From Planctomycetota bacterium (GTDB lineage Bacteria > Planctomycetota > Phycisphaerae > Phycisphaerales > SM1A02): DNA of 64,000 nt. The stretch is from the NCBI GenBank assembly GCA_027622195.1, contig JAQBZO010000005.1, positions 18,861 to 82,860 on the forward strand, given 5' to 3'. Every line of letters starts with the position of its first letter. The first letter of the stretch is position 1. Both the position numbers and the translations under genes were made by a program. The notes beneath the pieces were generated by a model. That model did not search any database and was not told the origin of the DNA. It saw only the letters and a list, made by a program, of their open reading frames with translations. Positions 28,625 to 38,818 of this stretch are shown here, one piece after another.

Positions 28625-29620
28625 TCAACCAAACTGGCGCAGAAACCGAGCGTCGTTCTCAAAGAGCCACCGAATGTCGGAAATCCCGTGCTTTCGCATG
28701 GCGATGCGTTCGACACCCAGACCGAAGGCGAATCCAGTCCACTCTTCTGGATCGATTCCGACGGCAGCAAGGACTGACGGATCCACCATGCCGCATCCTC
28801 CGAGTTCCACCCACTGCCACTGACCCTTGATGTGCATTTTCATGTCCACCTCTGCGCTGGGCTCGGTAAACGGGAAGAAACTCGGCCTCATTCTCACTTC
28901 CGCTTCTTCACCAAAGTAGGCGTGCGCGAACTGAATGAGCGTCGTCTTGAGGTCGGCCATTGAAACGCCACGATCGATAGAGAGCCCCTCGATCTGGTGG
29001 AACATTGAATAGTGAGTCGCATCGTGCGTGTCGGGGCGATACACGCGACCGACCGCGACCACCTTGAGCGGCAAGGACATCGTCTCCATCGCACGAATCT
29101 GCACCGTCGAAGTCTGGGTCCGAAGCAATCGAGGAACTCCGCCGTCGAGTGGCATGAAGAAATTGTCAGTGCGCTCGCGCGCGGGATGCCCCTCTGGAAT
29201 GTTCAGCGCTGTGAAATTATGCCACTCATCTTCCACCTCGGGACCATCCACCACGCTAAATCCCATGAGACGAAAGACGTCGACGATGCCGTCCATCGTG
29301 CTCGAGATGGGATGTCGACGCCCGAGCCCTTGCACCGTCCCCGGCTCCGTGAGATCCATTCCCACCTGGTTGGATGTGGACTCCAGCGCCTCTTTTCGAT
29401 CAGCGAGTTTTGCTTCAAGTCCCACCTTGAGTTCGTTCACGCGCTTCCCCAGTGCGGGCTTCTGTTCACGAGGGGCGTCCTTGAGCCGATTCATCAACTC
29501 CTTCAATTGACCGTTCGAACCAAAGTATCGAATGCGCCAACTTTCGAGTTTTTCGGAATCGGTCGCCGCGGCGAGTTCGTCCATCGCCGCGCGCTCCATC
29601 TCATCGCACTGTGAAAGCAT
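28625..29620 (-). CDS. pheS: phenylalanine--tRNA ligase alpha subunit
   Basis: Track ORF 28625..29677 trimmed to ATG 29620 (MLSQCDEMERAAMDEL). Class II motifs FPFTEPSAEVD and GCGMVDP. No pheT is adjacent. Confidence 0.9.
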   Translation of the reverse strand: MLSQCDEMERAAMDELAAATDSEKLESWRIRYFGSNGQLKELMNRLKDAPREQKPALGKRVNELKVGLEAKLADRKEALESTSNQVGMDLTEPGTVQGLGRRHPISSTMDGIVDVFRLMGFSVVDGPEVEDEWHNFTALNIPEGHPARERTDNFFMPLDGGVPRLLRTQTSTVQIRAMETMSLPLKVVAVGRVYRPDTHDATHYSMFHQIEGLSIDRGVSMADLKTTLIQFAHAYFGEEAEVRMRPSFFPFTEPSAEVDMKMHIKGQWQWVELGGCGMVDPSVLAAVGIDPEEWTGFAFGLGVERIAMRKHGISDIRWLFENDARFLRQFG

Positions 29621-29637
29621 GCCCAAAGTGTATCGGC

Positions 29638-29670
29638 ATAAAAAAAGGGCGACTCGCGTGAGTCGCCCTT
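29638..29670 (-). terminator. rho-independent terminator after rplQ (end of the ribosomal superoperon)
   Basis: The minus strand reads AAGGGCGACTC-ACGC-GAGTCGCCCTT followed by TTTTTAT, about 28 nt after the rplQ stop. Confidence 0.8.
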
Positions 29671-29698
29671 GAAACAAACCTTGTTCGGTCGCAAATCG

Positions 29699-30319
29699 TT
29701 AGGCAGCAGCCTCGGTCGATGGAGCTGGAGCAGCAGTTGCGCTCGCCATAGCCTTGCGCTTCTCGGCGGCGAACTTGGTTCGCTTGTCGGCTGCCGTGCG
29801 GCGACCGCTTGTTCCACCAGAGACCTGCGAGCCGCTCTCGCGACCCACCAACTGAAGGACGACCAAGTCCGTCGCATCACCCACGCGACGCTTGTCCATC
29901 TTCACGATGCGGGTGTAACCACCTGGACGACCCTCCATCAGCGGGACAACCTTCGTGATGATGTGCTGAATTAACCGAGGAGCCGACTTCAATTCGCCGA
30001 AGCGGTTGAACTCGATCTCGGTCTCAGCTGGAAGGTCCCAAAAATCGCTGCGCTTGCGCTCAGCTTTGACATTGGGATCAGCCACCCATGCAAACACATT
30101 GCGGTCCGTCAATCGGCTGGTCAAGAGGCGACGCGAAGCAAGGGTTCGCTTGCGAGCCGCCGTGATCAACTTCTCGACATAGGGTTGAACGGCCTTCGCC
30201 TTGGGCAAAGTCGTGACAATCTGTCCATGTTCGAACAGTCCCGCAGCGAGGTTGCGAAGCATCGCGCGGCGATGGTCGCTGTCGATGCAAAGTTGCTTTC
30301 CTGAAATCTTATGGCGCAT
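29699..30319 (-). CDS. rplQ: 50S ribosomal protein L17 (with internal insertion and C-terminal extension)
   Basis: MRHKISGKQL...HRRAMLRNLAAGLFEHGQIVTTLPKAKAVQPYVEKLIT and GGYTRIVK motifs. At 206 aa it is much longer than the usual ~120-130 aa. Confidence 0.9.
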   Translation of the reverse strand: MRHKISGKQLCIDSDHRRAMLRNLAAGLFEHGQIVTTLPKAKAVQPYVEKLITAARKRTLASRRLLTSRLTDRNVFAWVADPNVKAERKRSDFWDLPAETEIEFNRFGELKSAPRLIQHIITKVVPLMEGRPGGYTRIVKMDKRRVGDATDLVVLQLVGRESGSQVSGGTSGRRTAADKRTKFAAEKRKAMASATAAPAPSTEAAA

Positions 30320-30362
30320 ATCTAATTCCTTCTGGGCGCAGAGAGCCCAGCATTCAATACAT

Positions 30363-31358
30363 TTAGGATTGGTTCATGGCATCGGCGCTCATGCCGAGTG
30401 TCAATCCGAGCTCCTGCATTTTCTCGTCAATCTCTTTCAGTGATGTCTTACCGAATGCACGCAGTCCGAGAAGGTCTTCTTCCTTCATGGAGATGAGTTG
30501 TTTGATAGTCTCAATGCCAGCGGACTGAAGGCAGTTGCTCGACCGCACCGACAGTTGAAGGTCTTCAATGGACATGTTCAGAATGCTCTCGCGTCGAGCG
30601 TCCTGTGCATCCTCCTCCGCGATGCCACCGATCGCGCGATCAGTACCCACTTCTGAGTACTTGACGAACGCGTCCAAATGCTTGCGAAGCAGAGTCGCCG
30701 CTTCAACAAGTGCCATCTCAGGATTGATCGTGCCGTTGGTCCAAATGTCCATCACCAGTCGGTCGTAATTGGTCTTTTGTCCGACGCGTGTGTTCTCAAC
30801 GCGATAACGAACGCGCTGCACTGGAGAGAAGACGGCGTCCACTGGAATCTCGCCGAGCACTTGTTCATTGGTGGATGTGTAGTGCTCGCTTGCGGGACGG
30901 TATCCGCGTCCCTTTTCAATGGTCATCGTTGCTGAAAACTTCACAGCGCCGGTGATGCGGCAGATGACATGTTGCGGATTCAGAATGGTTACACCTGCGC
31001 CACACTCGACGTGTGCACCAGTCACTTCGCCAGGACCCTCAACGCTCACTTGCACACGCATCGGTTCCTCGCCATCCATTTGGATGATGAGTCCCTTGAC
31101 ATTGAGCAGTAAGTCGACGACATCTTCAGCGATGCCAGGAATCGTTGCGAACTCGTGGGTCACACCGGTGATTTCAACTTTGGTCACCGCAGCGCCTTCG
31201 ATCGACGAAAGGAGAATGCGGCGCAGACCGTTACCGATCGTCGTGCCGTATCCACGCTCAAACGGCTCAGCGGTAAAGCGACCAAAGGTGCCAGTGAGGC
31301 TGCGCGTGTCTGGGACAACGCGAGCAGGAAGTTCTAAGCCACGCCATCGAATGTGCAT
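30363..31358 (-). CDS. rpoA: DNA-directed RNA polymerase alpha subunit
   Basis: Track ORF 30363..31379 (GTG) trimmed to ATG 31358 (MHIRWRGLELPARV). Both the N-terminal dimerisation domain and the alpha-CTD (LSVRSSNCLQSAGIETIKQL) are present. Confidence 0.95.
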   Translation of the reverse strand: MHIRWRGLELPARVVPDTRSLTGTFGRFTAEPFERGYGTTIGNGLRRILLSSIEGAAVTKVEITGVTHEFATIPGIAEDVVDLLLNVKGLIIQMDGEEPMRVQVSVEGPGEVTGAHVECGAGVTILNPQHVICRITGAVKFSATMTIEKGRGYRPASEHYTSTNEQVLGEIPVDAVFSPVQRVRYRVENTRVGQKTNYDRLVMDIWTNGTINPEMALVEAATLLRKHLDAFVKYSEVGTDRAIGGIAEEDAQDARRESILNMSIEDLQLSVRSSNCLQSAGIETIKQLISMKEEDLLGLRAFGKTSLKEIDEKMQELGLTLGMSADAMNQS

Positions 31359-31476
31359 AAAAGTCTCCAAAACTGGCACATACCGGGGATCCGAGGAATC
31401 CTGTCTCGATCGGAATCCGATGCGCTGTGCCAGCGATGCATCGGCCCTTCAGTGAGGCCAGGAGGAAAACTGAGAA

Positions 31477-31848
31477 TCAACCGCGGCGCTTGCGCGGCTG
31501 ACGACAACCATTGTGTGGAAGCGGAGTGTGGTCTTCAATCGTGAGGACTTTCAAACCGTTGTGAGCCAGAGCGGTCACTGCGGACTCGCGGCCTGGACCA
31601 GCTCCACGCACGCGAACATCCACTTCCTTAAGTCCGAGACGCTTCGCCTTACCAACCGCCTTCTCGCTGGCGCGGCTCGCCGCGAAGGGAGTCGACTTGC
31701 GCGCTCCCTTGAATCCAACGGTTCCGGCTGAATCCCAGCAAAGCGTTTCGCCCGCGGGATCGGTAATGGTGACGATGGTGTTGTTGAACGACGCGTGCAC
31801 ATGCACCACGCCTCGAACGACACTTTTTCGAATTTTCTTCTTTGACAT
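31477..31848 (-). CDS. rpsK: 30S ribosomal protein S11
   Basis: 123 aa. [24 protein letters not shown]...[13 protein letters not shown]. Confidence 0.95.
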   Translation of the reverse strand: MSKKKIRKSVVRGVVHVHASFNNTIVTITDPAGETLCWDSAGTVGFKGARKSTPFAASRASEKAVGKAKRLGLKEVDVRVRGAGPGRESAVTALAHNGLKVLTIEDHTPLPHNGCRQPRKRRG

Positions 31849-31869
31849 AATTGGATTCCGTTGGGGGGA

Positions 31870-32247
31870 TTAACCCTTCACGCCCTTCTTACCCGCAACA
31901 GTCTTCTTCTTACCCTTGCGTGTACGGGAGTTGGTACGAGTGCGCTGTCCACGACAAGGAAGTCCCTTGCGATGACGGTCTCCGCGATAACTCTTGATGT
32001 CCTTGAGTCGCTGCACATCTTGCGACACCTTGCGACGCAAGGCACCTTCAACGAGATACTTCGCGTCAACATCGGCGGCGATCGCGGACAATTCCTGATC
32101 GTCCAGCGTTCCTGCGCGGCGCTCTGGGTCAATACCCGTGCGCTTCAGGATCGCGGCAGCCACCTTCGGGCCAATGCCGTGGATGTACTGAAGAGCGAAA
32201 AAGACCTTCTTCTTTTCTGGGATGTCGATGCCTGCAATACGAGCCAT
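31870..32247 (-). CDS. rpsM: 30S ribosomal protein S13
   Basis: Track ORF 31870..32343 trimmed to ATG 32247 (MARIAGIDIPEKKKV...). Confidence 0.95.
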   Translation of the reverse strand: MARIAGIDIPEKKKVFFALQYIHGIGPKVAAAILKRTGIDPERRAGTLDDQELSAIAADVDAKYLVEGALRRKVSQDVQRLKDIKSYRGDRHRKGLPCRGQRTRTNSRTRKGKKKTVAGKKGVKG

Positions 32248-32275
32248 AGTGATTGTTCTCTTTTCGTTTCGCCGA

Positions 32276-32392
32276 TCAGCCTTGACGTTGTTTGAGTCGT
32301 GGGTTCTTCTTGTTGATGACAAAGCGCTTGCCCTTTCGGACAACGATCTGACAATCGCGAGTGCGCCGCTTAATACTGCTTCGGACCTTCAT
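32276..32392 (-). CDS. rpmJ: 50S ribosomal protein L36
   Basis: Too short for the ORF track. My translation gives [38 protein letters not shown] (38 aa). Confidence 0.9.
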   Translation of the reverse strand: MKVRSSIKRRTRDCQIVVRKGKRFVINKKNPRLKQRQG

Positions 32393-32408
32393 AGTGCTAC
32401 TCCAGATA

Positions 32409-32624
32409 TCACTGGCGGAAAATGATGCGTCCCTTTGTCATGTCGTAGGGACTGAGTTCAATGGTGACCTTGTCACCGGGAAGGATGCGGATAAAAAACT
32501 TCCGCATCTTGCCGCTGACATAGGCAAGAATGGTTTTGTCGTTCTGGAGCTTGACTCGAAACCGCGCATCGGGGAGCGCCTCCAAAACTTCAGCTTCAAG
32601 AATGATCTTGTCTTCTTTGGGCAT
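32409..32624 (-). CDS. infA: translation initiation factor IF-1
   Basis: 71 aa. [42 protein letters not shown]... Confidence 0.95.
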   Translation of the reverse strand: MPKEDKIILEAEVLEALPDARFRVKLQNDKTILAYVSGKMRKFFIRILPGDKVTIELSPYDMTKGRIIFRQ

Positions 32625-32634
32625 GCTGTCCTAC

Positions 32635-34044
32635 TCACCCTCTCGCACTTCTGAGGCGAGGGCCGTCTTCGTTTCCAGAAGAAAGGAACCCTGCATAGTT
32701 GCGCATAAGCAAGTTCGCTTCGATGCGCTGAACAAGATCGAGCATCACGCTCACGACGATGAGGAGTCCGGTTCCGCCGAGGAACTGCGACACATACATA
32801 GGGACTCCGAAATACTGCGACACAAAGGTCGGAATGATCGCGATGATGCAGAGGAATCCTGCCCCCACATAAGTCATGCGCTCGATCACCATTTCAAGGT
32901 ATTCGGCGGTGCGCGGACCGGGGCGAAGTCCAGGAATGAAACTCGAGTGCTTCTTCAATTCCTTCGCCATGTCGCCCGGAGACAACTGCACCGTCACCCA
33001 GAAGTAGGCGAAGAAGTAGATCATCACGATCTCGACGATCACGAATGGATACGCGCCCATCTGGAAATTCTGGGCAAAGAACGCGGTGATCTCGACGAGC
33101 CACTGCGACCATCCTTCCGCTGATGCCTTGCTCGCGAGCCATCCAAAGAGAGTGCTCGGAAACACCATCAGCGAACTTGCAAAGATGATCGGCATCACGC
33201 CCGAATGATTCAATCGAAGAGGAAGGAAGTGGCGCTGTCCGCCGTACATCTTGCGTCCTCGAATATGCTTCGCCTGTTGGATCGGGATGCGACGCTGCGC
33301 CACGGTAATGAGCACCGCGCCACCGACGACCACGACGAAACCGGCGAGCAGGAGCAAGACTCCAATAACGCCCACCTTGCCGTCGCCCGATTGAATGCTC
33401 GGATCGAAGTTGGCGATGATCCACTCGACTGCACCAGGCATGCGCGAGAGGATGCCTGCGGTCAGAATGATTGACACGCCGTTGCCGATGCCGTGTTTGT
33501 CGATTTGCTCACCGAGCCACATCAAGAACATGCTTCCTGCGGTCAGCGCAGTCAGTCCCGAGATGTAGAAGACCATTCGACCTGCGCCCTGCATATAAGC
33601 AGGCTGCACAAGGTTCTGGCTGTACATGTATCCGAGCCACATCAATCCCTGCACGATGCAAAGTAGAACGGTCACATAGCGCGTCCATTCCATGATGCGC
33701 TGCTGTCCCGACACGCCTTCTTTCTTCAGCTCTTGGAGTGGTTGCCACACCGATTGCAGAAGTTGGAAGATGATGCTTGCCGTGATGTAAGGCATGATGC
33801 CCAGGCCGAAAATGGTGGACTGCCCGAGAGCACCACCACTGAAGACGCTGGCGAATTGCAAGATCCGACCAAACCCCGAGGAGTCCTCGGCAGCGCGCTG
33901 CGCGGCGTCTGAGAGCGCGACTTGATCCACACCCACAAGCGGAATCCAAAACCCAATGCGATAGATCACCAACATGCCCAGCGTGAAGAACACGCGGTTT
34001 CGCAGGTCGGCAACTCGAAAGATGTTGAGGAAGGCTTGAAGCAT
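32635..34044 (-). CDS. secY: preprotein translocase subunit SecY
   Basis: 469 aa with 10 hydrophobic segments. Sits in the conserved position after rplO. Confidence 0.95.
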   Translation of the reverse strand: MLQAFLNIFRVADLRNRVFFTLGMLVIYRIGFWIPLVGVDQVALSDAAQRAAEDSSGFGRILQFASVFSGGALGQSTIFGLGIMPYITASIIFQLLQSVWQPLQELKKEGVSGQQRIMEWTRYVTVLLCIVQGLMWLGYMYSQNLVQPAYMQGAGRMVFYISGLTALTAGSMFLMWLGEQIDKHGIGNGVSIILTAGILSRMPGAVEWIIANFDPSIQSGDGKVGVIGVLLLLAGFVVVVGGAVLITVAQRRIPIQQAKHIRGRKMYGGQRHFLPLRLNHSGVMPIIFASSLMVFPSTLFGWLASKASAEGWSQWLVEITAFFAQNFQMGAYPFVIVEIVMIYFFAYFWVTVQLSPGDMAKELKKHSSFIPGLRPGPRTAEYLEMVIERMTYVGAGFLCIIAIIPTFVSQYFGVPMYVSQFLGGTGLLIVVSVMLDLVQRIEANLLMRNYAGFLSSGNEDGPRLRSARG

Positions 34045-34067
34045 GGGTCGCTCTTCGAGGCGCTCGA

Positions 34068-34514
34068 TTACTCGGCGGTCGCGGTACCTCCTGCAGCTTC
34101 GATCTTGGCACGTGCCGTAGCGCTGAATGCATCAGCGACCACATTGAGCTTCTTCTTGATGTCGCCGTTCCCAAGCACCTTGAGCGGCTCTTTCCCAGAA
34201 GGGATCAATCCCAACTTGGAAATCATGTCGCGATCAATGCGAGCACCTGCATCAAAGTGCTTCTCGAGGTCAGCCACATTGACGACGGCGTAGGTCGTAC
34301 GGAATCCTGCATTCGAGAATCCTCGCTTAGGGAATCGACGCATGAACGGAGTCGAACCACCCTGATAACCAGGACGGCTCGACCAACCTGCTCGGCTCTT
34401 CGCACCGTTGTGACCGCGTCCGCTGGTGCCGCCCTTGCCGCTCCCTTCGCCGCGTCCAACACGCATGCGCTTCTTATGTGCGCCGACTTGAATTGTTATG
34501 TCATGGATCATCAT
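34068..34514 (-). CDS. rplO: 50S ribosomal protein L15
   Basis: 148 aa. RVGRGEGSGKGGTSGRGHNGAKSR motif. Confidence 0.95.
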   Translation of the reverse strand: MMIHDITIQVGAHKKRMRVGRGEGSGKGGTSGRGHNGAKSRAGWSSRPGYQGGSTPFMRRFPKRGFSNAGFRTTYAVVNVADLEKHFDAGARIDRDMISKLGLIPSGKEPLKVLGNGDIKKKLNVVADAFSATARAKIEAAGGTATAE

Positions 34515-34543
34515 GATGAAAAATCTCTTTCAGTCTTTCCGAG

Positions 34544-35326
34544 TTATGCCTGAGCCGCTGGAGGTGCGCCACCTGGTCCACCAGGTCCACCAGGACCGCC
34601 TTGACCGCCTGGTCCACCAGGACCACCAGGTCCACCAGGACCGCCTTGACCGCCTGGTCCACCAGGACCGCCTGGTCCACGCGAACCGCCGCGAGGTCCA
34701 CCGCGAGGTCCGCCACGAGCACCTCCCCGTCCACCCTTGCGCTCGTCGCCCACTGTATTCACGGGTGCCGCTAACTTGGAGCCACTCGACGCCTTCGGCA
34801 TCGAAGTCGCGCCGCGCAAAATTGCTTTCTCGACGGTTGTTTCTTCGAGGATCACGCCGCGCAACTGCTGCACCTTTTCACGAGTGCGAAGTTGTGAGAG
34901 TGCCTCGAATGTGGCCTTCACCAAGTTGCGTGGATTCGTACTTCCATACGCCTTCGTGAGGCAGTCATGGACGCCGAGCATTTCGAGCACAGCGCGGACC
35001 GTTGCTCCCGCAAGCACGCCGGTTCCGGGCGATGCAGGAATGAGTCGAACTTTCGACGCGCCGAAACGACCTTCCACCGCATGCGGCAAAGTGCGTCCCT
35101 GAAGCGGGTATCCAGCCACTTTGCGATTCGCTTCGCGTTGTGCCTTCTCAACAGCTTGTGGAACTTGCTTGCTCTTGGCGTATCCGAGTCCAACGGTGCC
35201 GCGACGATCGCCCGTGACGACGAGTGCCGCAAAGCTAAATCGGCGTCCACCCTTGACGGTGGTCGAAGTGCGGTACACGCCAACGGTGACGGAGTCGAGT
35301 GAAGATTCTGATTTGTAGTCCGACAT
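34544..35326 (-). CDS. rpsE: 30S ribosomal protein S5 with ~65-aa Gly/Pro/Arg-rich C-terminal tail
   Basis: S5 core (VYRTSTTVKGGRRFSFAALVVTGDRRGTVGLGYAKSK...) followed by GGRGGARGGPRGGPRGGSRGPGGPGGPGGQGGPGGPGGPGGPGGQGGPGGPGGPGGAPPAAQA. Confidence 0.9.
   Translation of the reverse strand: MSDYKSESSLDSVTVGVYRTSTTVKGGRRFSFAALVVTGDRRGTVGLGYAKSKQVPQAVEKAQREANRKVAGYPLQGRTLPHAVEGRFGASKVRLIPASPGTGVLAGATVRAVLEMLGVHDCLTKAYGSTNPRNLVKATFEALSQLRTREKVQQLRGVILEETTVEKAILRGATSMPKASSGSKLAAPVNTVGDERKGGRGGARGGPRGGPRGGSRGPGGPGGPGGQGGPGGPGGPGGPGGQGGPGGPGGPGGAPPAAQA
34584..34673 (-). repeat. 45-bp tandem duplication inside the rpsE tail-coding region
   Basis: Plus-strand GGTCCACCAGGACCGCCTTGACCGCCTGGTCCACCAGGACC occurs at 34584 and again at 34629. 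The first 41 of 45 nt are identical and the period equals 15 codons. It sits inside a wider GGN/CCN low-complexity tract (~34547..34735). Confidence 0.85.
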
Positions 35327-35343
35327 AGTGGTTGATCCTTGAA

Positions 35344-35706
35344 TCAGAACTTCAGACCCGCGCCACGCGCAGCGTCAGCGAGAGCTTTGATGCGGCCGTG
35401 GTAACGAAACCCGTTGCGATCAAAGACGACGGCAGACAATCCCGCCTTAATTGAACGCTCTGCGATCGCTTTTCCGACGGACGAGGCGGCGCTGACATTG
35501 CCGGTCTTGCCATCGGTGAGGTCGATGTCGCGCGTCGATGCGCTTGCGAGCGTTCGACCAGCGTAATCATCGATCACTTGAACATAGATATGGTTGAGCG
35601 AGCGGTACACAGACATCCGCGGACGATCAGGCGTTCCGCCGAGAGTCTTTCGCAGACCCCTCTTGCGGCGCAGGCGCTGAACTGTTTTGACTTTGTTCTT
35701 GTCCAT
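35344..35706 (-). CDS. rplR: 50S ribosomal protein L18
   Basis: Track ORF 35344..35721 (TTG) trimmed to ATG 35706. [20 protein letters not shown] motif. Confidence 0.9.
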   Translation of the reverse strand: MDKNKVKTVQRLRRKRGLRKTLGGTPDRPRMSVYRSLNHIYVQVIDDYAGRTLASASTRDIDLTDGKTGNVSAASSVGKAIAERSIKAGLSAVVFDRNGFRYHGRIKALADAARGAGLKF

Positions 35707-35732
35707 GATGGTAATTCTCAACGGGACTCGGC

Positions 35733-36296
35733 TTATGCGCCGAATGCCTTGCCCTTCTTACGAGTGATCTGTTCGCCGAAGTACTTCACGCCCTTGCCCT
35801 TGTAAGGCTCTGGCTTCCGCTGCGAACGAATGATTGATGCGAATGCGAAGACCATTTGTCGATCCGCTCCAGCGACGAGCACATTGACTCCCTGCTCGAC
35901 AGTGATGGTCAATCCGGTTGGGATCTTCAATTCGATTTGATCGGCGTATCCAAGAGTGAGGACGATCTTGGTGCCGGCGATCTTCGCCCCCCAACCAACG
36001 CCGACGATCTCGAGCTTCTGTGAATATCCCTTCTCGGCCCCTTCGACCATGTTGCGAATCAGCGCGCGAGTGGTGCCCCAGTAGGCACGACGATTGCCAC
36101 GCTCGATCAACTCCATGTTGTCGGGAACGCACGAGATCTCGCGAGTGGACTCATTCCACGAGACGATCATCTCTGGGCGATAGATGTACGAGAGTGATCC
36201 CTTCGGACCTTGGATATTGACGGTCCGAGTGCCCGCATTGAGCGCCACCTTGATGGCGGCGGGAACTGGGATTGGTTTCTTACCGATGAGAGACAT
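35733..36296 (-). CDS. rplF: 50S ribosomal protein L6
   Basis: 187 aa. [12 protein letters not shown]... with two L6 repeats. Confidence 0.95.
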   Translation of the reverse strand: MSLIGKKPIPVPAAIKVALNAGTRTVNIQGPKGSLSYIYRPEMIVSWNESTREISCVPDNMELIERGNRRAYWGTTRALIRNMVEGAEKGYSQKLEIVGVGWGAKIAGTKIVLTLGYADQIELKIPTGLTITVEQGVNVLVAGADRQMVFAFASIIRSQRKPEPYKGKGVKYFGEQITRKKGKAFGA

Positions 36297-36323
36297 GATT
36301 GCTCCTAATGCGAACTATGCGGA

Positions 36324-36722
36324 TCACGAAACCGTGCAAACAAGTTCGCCGCCGATGTGCAACTCGCGTGCCTTGCGGTCGCTCATGACGCCGCTACTTG
36401 TTGAAACAATGGAAATGCCCAATCCTGAGATTGGACTTGGGAGTTCCTCGACGCCTCGATAGACGCGGCATCCAGTGTGGGAGACGCGATCGATGCGATT
36501 GATGAGCATCTCTCCGCGTGATCCGTACTTCAATGCGACACGAAGAACGCCCTGCCGGCCATCCTCGATCACATCGAAGCTGTTGATGTAGCCCTCGTCC
36601 TGCAGCACCTTGGCGACGCCGCGATTGAGCTTGTTGTTGAGGATGTTGACGCTCTTGCTGCGGTTACGAACCGCGTTGCGAATGCGCGTCAACATGTCTG
36701 CTGTGAGGTCTTGTAATGCCAT
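36324..36722 (-). CDS. rpsH: 30S ribosomal protein S8
   Basis: Track ORF 36324..36845 trimmed to ATG 36722 (MALQDLTADMLTRIRNA). Confidence 0.95.
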   Translation of the reverse strand: MALQDLTADMLTRIRNAVRNRSKSVNILNNKLNRGVAKVLQDEGYINSFDVIEDGRQGVLRVALKYGSRGEMLINRIDRVSHTGCRVYRGVEELPSPISGLGISIVSTSSGVMSDRKARELHIGGELVCTVS

Positions 36723-36750
36723 GATCAGTGTCCTTTGACTTGCGGTTCCA

Positions 36751-36936
36751 TTACCAAGATGCCTTGCGCATCCCTGGGATGAGCCCTTGGAGGGCGAGTT
36801 CCCGCAACATGATGCGGCTAACACGGAATTTGCGGTAGTAACCACGTGCTCGTCCTGTCAACTCGCAGCGGTTGCGCTTGCGGGTTGAAAACTTCGGCGT
36901 GAGCTTCATCTTTGCGAATGTGCGCTTGCTTGCCAT
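36751..36936 (-). CDS. rpsN: 30S ribosomal protein S14 (short 61-aa form)
   Basis: [61 protein letters not shown]. Only one Cys is present, so it is not the four-Cys zinc form. Confidence 0.9.
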   Translation of the reverse strand: MASKRTFAKMKLTPKFSTRKRNRCELTGRARGYYRKFRVSRIMLRELALQGLIPGMRKASW

Positions 36937-36951
36937 GGGGTTCTTTCGTCC

Positions 36952-37557
36952 TTAGCTCGACTTCTTCTTTGAGACGCGGTCTTCTGGCTTTTCAAATGGC
37001 ATCCCCATCTCAGCGAGTGCGAGGCGACTCTTGCTGGGGTCGCTCTTGCCGAAGACGATGTTGATGTTCATACCGTGATTGAATGTTGCTGAAGCCATGT
37101 CGATCTCAGGCCACACAGCCTGTTCAGAAAGTCCGATCGAATAGTTTCCAGCCTTGTCGAAATTGCGATCCGGCACACCGCGAAAGTCCTTGATACGAGG
37201 CATCGCGAGGTGAATCAGTCGATCGAGGAACGACCACATGCGGTCGCGGCGAAGAGTCACCATGAAGGCGCTCGGAGCTCCTTCGCGAACCTTAAAGTTC
37301 GACACCGACTTCTTTGCCAGAATCATGACGGGCTTCTGACCCGTGATGCGTGTGAGCGTGCCGATGACGGCATCTCGGATTTCAGGCTTGAGCTTCTGGT
37401 TCTCAAGTTGCTTTCCGATGCCAACATTGATGACGATCTTTTGAAGGGATGGGAGCGCATTGGCATTCTTGATACCGAACTGCTCTCGCAATTTCGCTGA
37501 CACATCAGAGCGGAATGCGGCCTGCAGTCGCGGAGTTGTTTTCGTAGTGGCGGTCAT
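36952..37557 (-). CDS. rplE: 50S ribosomal protein L5
   Basis: Track ORF 36952..37572 (TTG) trimmed to ATG 37557, 11 nt after the rplX stop. Confidence 0.9.
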   Translation of the reverse strand: MTATTKTTPRLQAAFRSDVSAKLREQFGIKNANALPSLQKIVINVGIGKQLENQKLKPEIRDAVIGTLTRITGQKPVMILAKKSVSNFKVREGAPSAFMVTLRRDRMWSFLDRLIHLAMPRIKDFRGVPDRNFDKAGNYSIGLSEQAVWPEIDMASATFNHGMNINIVFGKSDPSKSRLALAEMGMPFEKPEDRVSKKKSS

Positions 37558-37568
37558 AGGACTGTCTT

Positions 37569-37913
37569 TCAACCCTTCTTCTTCCCGCGAGCACCGTGCA
37601 GCGTGTGCAATTCAGCACCATTGCGACTCGCGACGCGAACCTTCGAGCCGTCCGCCTTCGTCACAAAACGAACGCGCGTTGGCTTGCCGTCCGCGATTGG
37701 ACTGACATTGGACATATGGATCGAGAGTTCCTTCTCAACAATCGCACCCTTTGGACGCGCTTGCGAAGGCTTCAAGTGCTTCTTGTGGATATTGATTCCC
37801 TTGACAAGAACTCGATTGGTCTCGAGATCAACGGAAATGACTTCGCCGGTCTGACCGCGGTCATCGCCCGCTCTCACGAAGACGGTGTCACCTTTTTTGA
37901 TATGGACTGGCAT
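37569..37913 (-). CDS. rplX: 50S ribosomal protein L24
   Basis: 114 aa. [25 protein letters not shown] (KOW motif). Confidence 0.95.
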   Translation of the reverse strand: MPVHIKKGDTVFVRAGDDRGQTGEVISVDLETNRVLVKGINIHKKHLKPSQARPKGAIVEKELSIHMSNVSPIADGKPTRVRFVTKADGSKVRVASRNGAELHTLHGARGKKKG

Positions 37914-38299
37914 CAGACAACCTCCGAAGCAAGTGAAACGATCTTCATATAGTTCTTCTCGCGCAGTTCACGAGCGACGGCGCCGAAGATGCGAGTGCCC
38001 TTCGGATTGCCATCTTCGTCAACCAACACGCAGGCGTTTGAATCGAACCGAACGTACGAACCATCTTCGCGTCGAACGGGATACTTCGTGCGCACGATGA
38101 TCGCCTGGACCTTGTCGCCGCCCTTGACATCACCATTCGGCAGAGCATGCTTCACCGCGCAGACGATTCGATCGCCCACGGTGAAGGTCAGACGGCGGAA
38201 TCGGCCCGATGCAGTGGATGCACCAAGCACACCGATCACCATCGCCTCTTTGGCTCCGCTGTTGTCCACCACTTCAAGTCGTGTTTCCTTTTGAATCAT
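37913..38299 (-). CDS. rplN: 50S ribosomal protein L14
   Basis: 128 aa. [18 protein letters not shown]... Confidence 0.95.
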   Translation of the reverse strand: MIQKETRLEVVDNSGAKEAMVIGVLGASTASGRFRRLTFTVGDRIVCAVKHALPNGDVKGGDKVQAIIVRTKYPVRREDGSYVRFDSNACVLVDEDGNPKGTRIFGAVARELREKNYMKIVSLASEVV

Positions 38300-38320
38300 G
38301 ACGATCTCGCTTCTGGCCTC

Positions 38321-38602
38321 TTAGGCCAAGGCCTCCGGTGCCTTTTCAACAACGCGCACCAAAGTCCATGACTTTGTGCGGGAAATCGGCCGACACTCGG
38401 CGATCTCGACGCGATCTCCCATGCGCGATGCATTGGTCTCATCGTGTACATGGAGAACCGAACGATGCTTGATGAACTTTCCGTAACGCGGATGCCGCGT
38501 CACCGAATCCACAATGACTCGACGCGACTTGGCGCGCTTGTCACTGTCCACCACGCCGATGAGGCGAGGGCTGTTCTCTGGAATGACGAGTGGTTTACTC
38601 AC
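38321..38602 (-). CDS. rpsQ: 30S ribosomal protein S17
   Basis: 93 aa. [40 protein letters not shown]. Confidence 0.95.
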   Translation of the reverse strand: MSKPLVIPENSPRLIGVVDSDKRAKSRRVIVDSVTRHPRYGKFIKHRSVLHVHDETNASRMGDRVEIAECRPISRTKSWTLVRVVEKAPEALA

Positions 38603-38799
38603 TTGGTTGTTCTCCTGCGGCTGGTCTCTTCGGTCTTCATTCGGGCTACATCGAGCCGAAGTTTGCCGAACTGCGAATGGTCGGTGACCTTCTCGCCCAC
38701 AACTTGTTGGGTGCGGAGGTCGAACAGGCGGCGCTGTGCCGCCTTCACCTCGGCGGTGAGCTGTTCGTCATTAAGTTTTCGAATGTCCTTCGTTTCCAT
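38599..38799 (-). CDS. rpmC: 50S ribosomal protein L29
   Basis: 66 aa. [26 protein letters not shown]. Confidence 0.9.
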   Translation of the reverse strand: METKDIRKLNDEQLTAEVKAAQRRLFDLRTQQVVGEKVTDHSQFGKLRLDVARMKTEETSRRRTTK

Positions 38800-38818
38800 G
38801 ATCGTTATTCCTGTCGCG

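Noticed and set aside
34584-34673. Possible CRISPR-like or minisatellite array.
   Set aside because: There are only two directly abutting 45-bp copies with no spacers, they are in frame inside rpsE, and no cas genes are in the window.
34498-34959. ORFs with striking repeats (VHQVHQDRLDRLVHQD... on the plus strand, VDLAAVRVDQAVLVDQAVKAVLVDLV... at 34501..34734 on the minus strand).
   Set aside because: They are alternative-frame readings of the GGN/CCN tandem repeat that encodes the S5 C-terminal tail. The S5 frame is continuous with a conserved core.
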